IMG/VR virus record: IMGVR_UViG_3300028008_001363
Span: 35,857 to 99,856 of that record
Direction: 5' to 3' (one strand)
Length of the DNA stretch: 64,000 nt
DNA from: a virus
The translations under genes were made by a program, and so were the position numbers. How positions within the stretch are numbered: position 1 is the stretch's first letter; each line of letters begins with the position of its first letter. Under the pieces are notes generated by a model. That model did no database searches, was not told where the DNA came from, and saw nothing but the letters and a program-made list of their open reading frames with translations. Below are positions 1-7,845 of this stretch, one piece after another.

Positions 1-1
1 C

Positions 2-1612
2 GAAGAAGAGTTTGACAGAAAAGTCAAAGAAGTTTTAGAAAGTAGTGCTGACACAGACGAGAAATTAGAATTCATTCATAATGTACTTCAAAACGCAGAT
101 GGTGATGGACACAACGATGAGTTGATGGTAACCAAAGCACAATTCTATGTAGGGCAAATTAAACCTAGAAACGAAGAAGATAAGAAGAAATTATCTTACA
201 TCGCAACAACATTAAGTGCATCGACAGACGAAGATAGTTATTTTGACCAAACGATGGTAGACCAAGCGATGGAATATGTTGAAGATATTATAGAACGCCC
301 AGTGGATGAAAGTGTAAACGAAGCAGATGTTGATTTAAAACCAATAGAAGGAAGTTTTGATTGGGTAAACTCAATGTCAGATGGAACACTTGAAACTCTT
401 AAATCTGCGATGAATAATGATTGGGATATGTTGGATGGTATTAAAGACCTAGCAGACTTTAAAAGAACTATTGATATTTTCTTTACCAACGAAGAAACAC
501 CAGTACCAGAAGATATCGCTAAAATATTTAATAAATTATTAGCAAGGGATGAGAAGGATATTGCTAAATTTAATGAGTTTATACGCCGTGCTTTTATAGA
601 TGCGGGAGAAGAACTTGAAGAACTGGAGACGATGTATGAAACAACTGACCACGAAGTAAGTATGGCTAGAAAAGATGTTAGCAGACTAGCAAAGTATTCT
701 TCAGAGTTAGAACAAATGCTTAGTAATGTTTCTGAAGAAGAAGGCTTACAAGGTTGGGTTCAAGCAAAGATTACTAAAGCGGCTGATTATATCTCAAGTG
801 TAAAACATTACATGGAAGGTGATACTACAGAAGTAAACGAAGCGGTACGAGATAGTTCAGAAGGCTTTGGTGGACAAGCGATAAACTTTATCCATGACTT
901 GTGTATGTTACACGATGGTGTTAAAAGAGACCCAGCAGGATTAAAATATCTTGGAAAATCTGAAATGTGGGATGAAGGCAGTATTCTAAAAGATAAAGGT
1001 AAATTAACTACTCTAATGCTTTGGGTTAAGAAAAACAAAGACGTTGTTGAAAAACGTTTTTCACGTATGTTTGGTACCTATAGCAACAGAGATGAAAATG
1101 GAAAAGTAACAGCATCAGATGGTAATCAAATTCTTAATAACATCATTAAGAAAATCCCCACAGTAAATGAAAACTTCAAAGATGTTACACCTTTTGGTTA
1201 TGGTCCTGATGATTACGATGAGAAAGATGTTGCACCTGAAGACCACGGCGGTGACTTGAAAAAGATGCAAGACACATATAAGCATAATGAAGATAGAAAC
1301 AATCATTCAGAAAACATTCTTATGTTAGCACAAGCATTCGGTGATAGAGGTGAGATTAAAGCAGTTGAAGGTCTTTTAAAGATAATCAAACGTCAAGGTC
1401 ATACGACACCTGAACAATCAGATATGATGTATAAGGCAATTCACAAGAAATATTACAAGCAATTGTTTCCAGAAACAGAAGCAGAAGGTAATGAATTTTC
1501 TGGTGCATTAGCAAAAGCAAAAATTGATGGCAAAAAGACATTTGACGTTGATGGAAAAACTTATAAAGTTAAAGAAGCACTAAGTAAACTAATAGACCAA
1601 CAGAAAATTTAA
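2..1612 (+). CDS. Acidic modular protein, putative internal head (virion core) polyprotein; 5'-truncated by window edge
   Basis: Frame is open from nt 2 to the TAA at 1612, so the gene starts left of the window. Repeated [ILV]xE-type junctions (VDE-S, VNE-A x2, MYE-T, VNE-N, VKE-A) separate short modules and resemble T4 gp21 protease sites. Confidence 0.55.
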   Translation, partial: EEEFDRKVKEVLESSADTDEKLEFIHNVLQNADGDGHNDELMVTKAQFYVGQIKPRNEEDKKKLSYIATTLSASTDEDSYFDQTMVDQAMEYVEDIIERPVDESVNEADVDLKPIEGSFDWVNSMSDGTLETLKSAMNNDWDMLDGIKDLADFKRTIDIFFTNEETPVPEDIAKIFNKLLARDEKDIAKFNEFIRRAFIDAGEELEELETMYETTDHEVSMARKDVSRLAKYSSELEQMLSNVSEEEGLQGWVQAKITKAADYISSVKHYMEGDTTEVNEAVRDSSEGFGGQAINFIHDLCMLHDGVKRDPAGLKYLGKSEMWDEGSILKDKGKLTTLMLWVKKNKDVVEKRFSRMFGTYSNRDENGKVTASDGNQILNNIIKKIPTVNENFKDVTPFGYGPDDYDEKDVAPEDHGGDLKKMQDTYKHNEDRNNHSENILMLAQAFGDRGEIKAVEGLLKIIKRQGHTTPEQSDMMYKAIHKKYYKQLFPETEAEGNEFSGALAKAKIDGKKTFDVDGKTYKVKEALSKLIDQQKI

Positions 1613-1616
1613 TATA

Positions 1617-2483
1617 ATGAACTTATTTGAATTGACACAATCTAAAGCCGCACAATCAGAAGTTATTTCTGAGGGTGGTTCTATGCCAGGTGTCGGTGCT
1701 ATTCATATTGATGAAATCAATCCAACACTTATTCCATTAGAGAAAGAGTTAGGTATCGATTTAAGAAACAATGCATTAGGTAGTGTTGGTAAAAGAGAAT
1801 TCAGTGGCGACATTGATGTTGCATTAAAGATTGATGCAGACAAGATACCAGAATTCGTAGAAAGACTTAAAAAAAGTAGCCAAATAATGGACATTGCAAA
1901 GTCAAGTGTGATTATGACAAAGGTTAAAATCATGGACTTTGATAAGACTAAAGAAGATGGTAGACCAAGAACTGGATATGTTCAAGTAGATTTCATGCCA
2001 GGTGACCCAGATTGGTTAAAGACTTATTATCATTCACCAAATGAAAAAGATAGTCAGTACAAAGGTGTTTATCGTAATCTAATGATTGCCTCAATTGCTG
2101 GTAATTTAGATATAGAAAACAGTGAAGAAACAATTGATGACGGTAGACCACTTCAATCAAAAAGATTTATGTTTAGTCCGAGAGATGGACTAGTAAGAGT
2201 TTTGCGTAGACCAGTTCCAAAAGCATCAGGCAATGGATACACTAAGAAGAACAATAATAAAATTATCGATGGTCCGTGGAAGACAGCAGACTCGATTGCA
2301 AAGAATTTAAAACTAGATAATGGCGAAGACCTATATAGTTATGAGACATTAGTTACTGCAATTAAGAAGAACTTACCACCTGAAGACCAAAAGAATATAT
2401 TCACAGCATTTACTAATAACAATACGATAAAAGACATGGGCATCCCACCAGATATCCAAGAGTATGCAAAGGGTGAATTATAA
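1617..2483 (+). CDS. Nucleotidyltransferase-fold protein (Pol-beta superfamily) with capsid-targeting-like N-terminus
   Basis: LGSVGKREFSGDIDVAL fits the hGS...DxD motif; third acidic strand is VQVDFM; N-terminus MNLFEL...VISE-GG. Confidence 0.7.
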   Translation: MNLFELTQSKAAQSEVISEGGSMPGVGAIHIDEINPTLIPLEKELGIDLRNNALGSVGKREFSGDIDVALKIDADKIPEFVERLKKSSQIMDIAKSSVIMTKVKIMDFDKTKEDGRPRTGYVQVDFMPGDPDWLKTYYHSPNEKDSQYKGVYRNLMIASIAGNLDIENSEETIDDGRPLQSKRFMFSPRDGLVRVLRRPVPKASGNGYTKKNNNKIIDGPWKTADSIAKNLKLDNGEDLYSYETLVTAIKKNLPPEDQKNIFTAFTNNNTIKDMGIPPDIQEYAKGEL

Positions 2484-3694
2484 TGAGACTAGATGAATTA
2501 GATAAGAAAATCACACAGTCTGACTTGGATGCATTAGAAGTATTCGCTGATAGAATATTTGGCAAAGTTGGTATTGATGTAGAATTTACACGTCACTTCT
2601 TAGACAGAGTAAACGATGACCGTAACGGTGAGCAAATTACTGGTAGTGAACTAACACGTCTATTCAAACAAGAATACAAACGTTGGGGTAAGCCAATCGC
2701 ACAGATGGGTCCAGATGCTGAAGCAGTAATGAAAGATTTACAGACAGATATCAATATGCCATTTGCATTAAGATGGGATAGAGATAACAATGAATTAGAT
2801 TTGATTGTTAAAACTGTTATGCGTAAGAAAGACTTTAAAACATCTAACAAAGAATTCCCAGTAGAATCAATAGAAGAAAGTCCTTCAGTAATGTCATCAC
2901 AACAAATGTTGACAAAACTATCAAAAGAAATGCAAGGCACACATACGGGCGCAATGAACCCAAACTCTGATTGGTCAAAGTTTGTTCTATCTCATAAAGG
3001 ATTTACACTTAAAGATGTACAAGTTGACCAGATACCAACAGCCGTTAACAATGACGGAATGAGTCAGGCTAATATTGAAAAATATAAACAAGCAGATTTA
3101 TCAAAATTCCCACCTATGGTAATAGGCAACGACGGATATATATTAGATGGTAATCATAGACTTCAAGCATATAAGGCACAGGGCATTAAAACAGTCAAAG
3201 CCTACATAGGCGAAGAATCTGAGATTTGGCAGTGGAACAAAGAAGACCCTAATAATCCTGAAGTATACATTCAAGGATATGGCAGACTTATGCTTAATCA
3301 AATAGAAGACAGTATAGTTGGCAAACTTAAAGAACTTACTAAGATGGCAGAACGAGGCGACTTTGAACAAATACAAAGTCTATTAGATAGAGATGTTTTA
3401 CAATTAATGATGAAATCAGTCGTTGATACAAAAGCAGAACTACAATCAACTCGTAAAAGAGGTGGACCAAAATCTCGTGGTATTAATAAAGAATCTATAT
3501 TTGATGCATTAGAAGATGATATGGCAGAAAAGTTCGATGCCGTAAAAAAGAGTGTAACAGAGTATGGTGTGGGTAAAGTCGTACCAGGAATTAATACTAC
3601 TGTTGATGTTGGACCTAACGAAATTAAGAAACAAGCCGCTAAGTTCGGTAATAAAGTCAGTAAAGACGGGTTACCTAAGAAAAATTTACGATAA
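2483..3694 (+). CDS. Modular protein with ParB/Srx-like domain; putative processed head protein
   Basis: FPPMVI...YILDGNHRLQA is the ParB/Srx signature; N-terminus MRLDE; junctions PVE-S, IEE-S, IGE-E, VTE-Y. TAATG coupling to the upstream gene. Confidence 0.6.
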   Translation: MRLDELDKKITQSDLDALEVFADRIFGKVGIDVEFTRHFLDRVNDDRNGEQITGSELTRLFKQEYKRWGKPIAQMGPDAEAVMKDLQTDINMPFALRWDRDNNELDLIVKTVMRKKDFKTSNKEFPVESIEESPSVMSSQQMLTKLSKEMQGTHTGAMNPNSDWSKFVLSHKGFTLKDVQVDQIPTAVNNDGMSQANIEKYKQADLSKFPPMVIGNDGYILDGNHRLQAYKAQGIKTVKAYIGEESEIWQWNKEDPNNPEVYIQGYGRLMLNQIEDSIVGKLKELTKMAERGDFEQIQSLLDRDVLQLMMKSVVDTKAELQSTRKRGGPKSRGINKESIFDALEDDMAEKFDAVKKSVTEYGVGKVVPGINTTVDVGPNEIKKQAAKFGNKVSKDGLPKKNLR

Positions 3695-3705
3695 AAGGCT
3701 CACAA

Positions 3706-4935
3706 GTGTATAACAAAGATACCATGTGTTATAAAACTTGGAATGATATTATCATATCGTTACCCAAGAAAACAGTTAGTTGGTGTTGTAAGACAAACTT
3801 AACTGAACAACAAACAAAAGAAACTACATTTGATTTAGATATCTTAAACAATAAAGGTATAGATTTTCTTTTCAATCATCCAATTCTTCAAAAGAGAAAA
3901 AAAGAACTAGCAACTGGTATAAGATGTGCAGATTGTCACGTATGTTGGGAATCAGAAGATAGGTCTGGAGAAAGTCATAGAACATTATATACTAATCATT
4001 CTGTTGAATTTGATTATGATACGCCTGCTACCTTTATTGAACTTGAACTGACAAACAAGTGTAATTTAGCCTGTGTATACTGTGGACCACAACTTAGTTC
4101 GAGGTGGCAAAAAGAATTAAAACAACGACATCCTGATACTGAAGATGAAATATTTCATAAAGTAATGGATTTACTGGCTGAGTATTTCAATACCAAACTA
4201 ACAAATAAACCATATATCAATATCAGTCTATTAGGTGGTGAGCCTTTCTTTACTGACCACATGTATGTATTCCTAGAATACCTTTCAAAATTCCATGTAA
4301 AATCTGAACAAGAAGTAACAGTTACAATCACAACTGGCATGGCTTTTCCTGAAAAGAAATTTACGAAATTTATTGAGTTAATTGAACGTACTCCTAACAT
4401 AATATATATTATGCAGTTATCTGGAGAAGCAATTGATAAGAGAGCAGAACTAATTCGATGGGGTCTAAACTTTGAAACGTGGGACAATAACTTAGATATG
4501 TTCTTAACAGAGTCAGCAAGATTGAAGAATTTAGTTATAGGATTTGGTTGTGCCCATAATGCCTTATCTCTGCCGTATTTCAAAGACTTTCTTGTATACA
4601 TTAATAAAAAACTGGCAAAACATGAATACAAATCTGTTGTGTGGTTTTTAATCAACTATATAGAAGACCCACAGCACTTATCCATATCAATGCTAAATAA
4701 TTATCATGCAGATGCTGTAACAGAGCAGATAGAATATATGGAGAATGAAATGACCAATCTTTATAAGAAAGATGAGTATATTACTATGCTGAGGTCACTC
4801 AGAAATCAAATTTTGAATGCGAATGTCACTACAGAGATGAAGCAAAATGCTTCAGATGAATTTAAAAGATTAGAAAATAGACGAAATATATCATTCAAAT
4901 CTGAATTCCCGCACTTCGATGAACTAGTTAAATGA
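3706..4935 (+). CDS. Radical SAM protein with N-terminal Cys-rich (twitch-like) domain
   Basis: CNLACVYC (CxxxCxxC), LLGGEPF, N-terminal C..WCC..CADCHVC; GTG start. Confidence 0.9.
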   Translation: MYNKDTMCYKTWNDIIISLPKKTVSWCCKTNLTEQQTKETTFDLDILNNKGIDFLFNHPILQKRKKELATGIRCADCHVCWESEDRSGESHRTLYTNHSVEFDYDTPATFIELELTNKCNLACVYCGPQLSSRWQKELKQRHPDTEDEIFHKVMDLLAEYFNTKLTNKPYINISLLGGEPFFTDHMYVFLEYLSKFHVKSEQEVTVTITTGMAFPEKKFTKFIELIERTPNIIYIMQLSGEAIDKRAELIRWGLNFETWDNNLDMFLTESARLKNLVIGFGCAHNALSLPYFKDFLVYINKKLAKHEYKSVVWFLINYIEDPQHLSISMLNNYHADAVTEQIEYMENEMTNLYKKDEYITMLRSLRNQILNANVTTEMKQNASDEFKRLENRRNISFKSEFPHFDELVK

Positions 4936-4942
4936 CAATTTA

Positions 4943-4950
4943 GATAAATA
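4943..4950 (+). promoter_or_regulatory. T4-late-like promoter box GATAAATA
   Basis: Variant of T4 TATAAATA, 5 nt before ATG 4956; the same box recurs before several other genes. Confidence 0.6.
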
Positions 4951-4955
4951 CTATT

Positions 4956-5159
4956 ATGAAAATATATGAAGTTATAGGCGAAACAACAGCAGGTGCAATC
5001 GCAACTGTGGCATCTCCATTAGGTGGCGGTGACCCTTCGGCTAGTGTATATAGTAAAAAGAAAAAGAGCAAGAAAAAGAAGGCTAAGATGGGATATAGTG
5101 CTGATGTAGGCAATTTATCATACAAGCATCCAGTCAAAACTCCAATGATTAAAAGGTAG
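4956..5159 (+). CDS. Small basic protein, putative internal head protein
   Basis: MKIYEVIGE N-terminus resembles the T4 capsid-targeting sequence MKTYQEFIAE; Lys-rich centre; late box upstream. Confidence 0.55.
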   Translation: MKIYEVIGETTAGAIATVASPLGGGDPSASVYSKKKKSKKKKAKMGYSADVGNLSYKHPVKTPMIKR

Positions 5160-5166
5160 AAGACTT

Positions 5167-7488
5167 ATGAAATTGACACAAATGATAGAACAAAAAGAAC
5201 GTCCTTACGTGGTCTTTCACGCTAAAAAAGGCAAATATGAAACTCATGCAGTATCATCTTATGATGCGGCAAAGAATGCGGCTAAACATTGGAAATTAAA
5301 ATCAACTGCTGGTGTTACACCAATGTTAGCGGATGTAGAACACGTTGCTGAAAAGTCAGATAAGAACTGTGGTTGTGGTCAAGACCCATGTGTAACATAC
5401 GGTAATAAGTCACATCAAGCAGAATCTTATGACGACTATCATGGTGATATGTCTAAAGAAGAATATGACAAAACAGTAAAAGGTTCTGAAATGGAATATT
5501 CTGTTTGGGTTGGCGGTACTGAAGTCAGTGATAATTATTTACCATATGACGAAGCAGTCAGATTATACGACAAATATAAAGCACAAGGCTATGATGATGT
5601 TCAGTTAGATGCTCGTATTAAAGAATCTGTAAATGAAGCAGAAAAGCGTTGGAAACAAACTAGTATGTCGCCAGCAGAAGCAGAAAAAGAATACGGTAAA
5701 GAAAACGTAAAAGTTAAAAAAGGTGCATTGCGTAATGGCGATGACATGGTAGAAGTATTTGTTGAATCATATTCTCCAGGTGATGAGTACGCTGATTCAG
5801 AAGGCATGGTAAGTAATTGCTGTGGTGCTCCTATGATGGACTATAACGATGGACATGGTAGATGTGGTGATTGTAAAGAAATGGCAGCCGGTGAATCTGA
5901 AGAAGAATTTTACGAAAGTTATAGTAACGATGGAAAAACAGTTACTATATCAGATTACCAACCTGAAGGCGAAGCAAACGCACATAAGAAATTTAACTTG
6001 AGAAAGCAGATACACAGAGGCGAAGATGGCAAACTAATCAAATCGCCTTATGGTGGATATAAAGTTTCATTTCATGGTAGTGCAGAAGACGTAAAAGCAT
6101 ATGCTGAAAAGAACTTAGGTGAAGCATCTAAGAAACAAAAACCTTTCTATGACAAGCCACTTAAAGAAGAAGATGCAGAAGCAATTGCGGCTAGAGATGA
6201 ATTCTTAAAAGTTATGGATATGAAACCAAAGAGTAGCAATAAAGCAATTGATACAATTAAAAAGATTGTAGCAGACAAACAAAATATGCAAGTCAAATTT
6301 GACGATGGCAAGATGAAAGTAGATTTATATACAGCATCAGCCGTTGTGGCAGTATACAATGCTGTAAACGATGCTAACAAAGAAAAAATTGATAATATGC
6401 TAAGAACTAAAGAAGGCATGCTTAGAATGTCAAACTTTGCATTTAGCAAACTTAAAGAAGGTATTGCAGAAGGCAAACGTATTGATGAGATTTTACCATT
6501 AGTTGGTGCGATAGCAGGCGCTATCGGTAGAAAAGTTGCTGGTGCGGCAGTTAAAAACGTTGCTAAAAAGGCAGCCGGTGCGGCAGCAATGGGTTCAGCA
6601 AATGCGGCTGGTAGTGCTATTGGTAATGCGGCACAAAGTTCAGGTATGAATGCTTCAGCAAAAGCAAAAGGCAAAAAACTTAATGCAGTTAAAGAAGCAG
6701 GCGGATATTATACACAACCAGTATACGACATGATTAAACAACATGGTTATCCAAAAGTAATGCATAGATTACTATCTGCCTTAGATGCAGATGTAATACA
6801 GGATTTTATAAACCGTGAGCCAGACTTAAATGAAACAGTAAATGAAGCCGACATATTAGGCGATAATTATGCGAATGTATATTATGATTACAGTGAAAGT
6901 TTTTATATGATTGATGTATATAAAGATGGCAAAAAGGTAGAAGAATATGATGATTACATTGGCGCAAATGAAGAAGGTGACCCAATCAAAGATAAGTTCT
7001 TAGAACTTGTTAAGAAAGCCGGTTTAGAACCAGAAGGACTTAATCTTATATCAACAGGTGGCGATGAACCTGATGAATACGGTGTATTTAAGAATGGTAA
7101 ATTCAACTGGGATAAGAATGAGGCATTACCTGCAGTAGGAACAGCAGTTGCTGGTGGTCTTAAGAAGGCCGCAGGTGCAGTTGGAAAATTAGCAAACAAG
7201 GCAGATACAGCGGCATTTGGTCTCAAAGCCAAATCAGGCGTTAAGTACAATGCAAATAGTCCACAAGGCAAAATGATTAGAAACATGGCTAAAAATGGCA
7301 AAACTCAAGGTGCTAGAAGCGATGCAAAGAAGGACCTAGTTAAAGGTACAGTTGCTGACTTGAAAAAGAAAGTCGGTGGTATTGGCGGTATTATGAAAAC
7401 TGCGGCAGGTTCATCTGGTTTCTTACCAGCATCCAAACAGTTCGCACAAGACATGATTGAAAAAGCAATCAAGGACGCTGACAAATAA
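5167..7488 (+). CDS. 773-aa modular putative head polyprotein
   Basis: MKLTQMIE N-terminus; more than 12 [ILVF]xE junctions; Cys modules CGCGQDPC and SNCCGAP..CGDC; two Ala/Gly/Lys amphipathic segments. Confidence 0.6.
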   Translation: MKLTQMIEQKERPYVVFHAKKGKYETHAVSSYDAAKNAAKHWKLKSTAGVTPMLADVEHVAEKSDKNCGCGQDPCVTYGNKSHQAESYDDYHGDMSKEEYDKTVKGSEMEYSVWVGGTEVSDNYLPYDEAVRLYDKYKAQGYDDVQLDARIKESVNEAEKRWKQTSMSPAEAEKEYGKENVKVKKGALRNGDDMVEVFVESYSPGDEYADSEGMVSNCCGAPMMDYNDGHGRCGDCKEMAAGESEEEFYESYSNDGKTVTISDYQPEGEANAHKKFNLRKQIHRGEDGKLIKSPYGGYKVSFHGSAEDVKAYAEKNLGEASKKQKPFYDKPLKEEDAEAIAARDEFLKVMDMKPKSSNKAIDTIKKIVADKQNMQVKFDDGKMKVDLYTASAVVAVYNAVNDANKEKIDNMLRTKEGMLRMSNFAFSKLKEGIAEGKRIDEILPLVGAIAGAIGRKVAGAAVKNVAKKAAGAAAMGSANAAGSAIGNAAQSSGMNASAKAKGKKLNAVKEAGGYYTQPVYDMIKQHGYPKVMHRLLSALDADVIQDFINREPDLNETVNEADILGDNYANVYYDYSESFYMIDVYKDGKKVEEYDDYIGANEEGDPIKDKFLELVKKAGLEPEGLNLISTGGDEPDEYGVFKNGKFNWDKNEALPAVGTAVAGGLKKAAGAVGKLANKADTAAFGLKAKSGVKYNANSPQGKMIRNMAKNGKTQGARSDAKKDLVKGTVADLKKKVGGIGGIMKTAAGSSGFLPASKQFAQDMIEKAIKDADK

Positions 7489-7501
7489 TCATAAAAACCT
7501 A

Positions 7502-7530
7502 TTGACTTTGTAAGTCACTTATGTTAATAT
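7502..7530 (+). promoter_or_regulatory. sigma70-type promoter for the DNA polymerase unit
   Basis: TTGACT (7502-7507), 17 nt, TAATAT (7525-7530) with extended TGn. Confidence 0.6.
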
Positions 7531-7532
7531 AT

Positions 7533-7559
7533 AAAGAGTGTGTAAAAGCACTCTTTTTT
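7533..7559 (+). terminator. Putative intrinsic terminator after the head-protein cluster
   Basis: AAAGAGTG / CACTCTTT stem followed by a T run. Confidence 0.55.
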
Positions 7560-7584
7560 ATTGTCCAACTTATAGGAGATTTAT

Positions 7585-7845
7585 ATGTCAATTGACGCAA
7601 TTAACGAAGAAGAAAAAGCAAAACTCATTCAATTAGTGAACGAAGGTTGTTTAGTTCTACAAGAATGTGAAGACCTGAAAGGTGGATTACGTGATACTGT
7701 AAGAGCAATTGCTGAAGAAATCGATGTTAAACCATCAGTATTGAACAAAGCAATATCTGTGGCACACAAAGCCAAATTAGCAGAGACTCGTGCCGACTTT
7801 GAAGATATGGAAACTATCCTAGAAACAGTAGGTCGCACTCTTTGA
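7585..7845 (+). CDS. Small helical DNA-binding protein, T4 DsbA / GapR-like
   Basis: 86 aa, helical pattern (EDLKGGLRDTVRAIAEEIDVKPSVLNKAI); AGGAG RBS; family call by resemblance only. Confidence 0.45.
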   Translation: MSIDAINEEEKAKLIQLVNEGCLVLQECEDLKGGLRDTVRAIAEEIDVKPSVLNKAISVAHKAKLAETRADFEDMETILETVGRTL

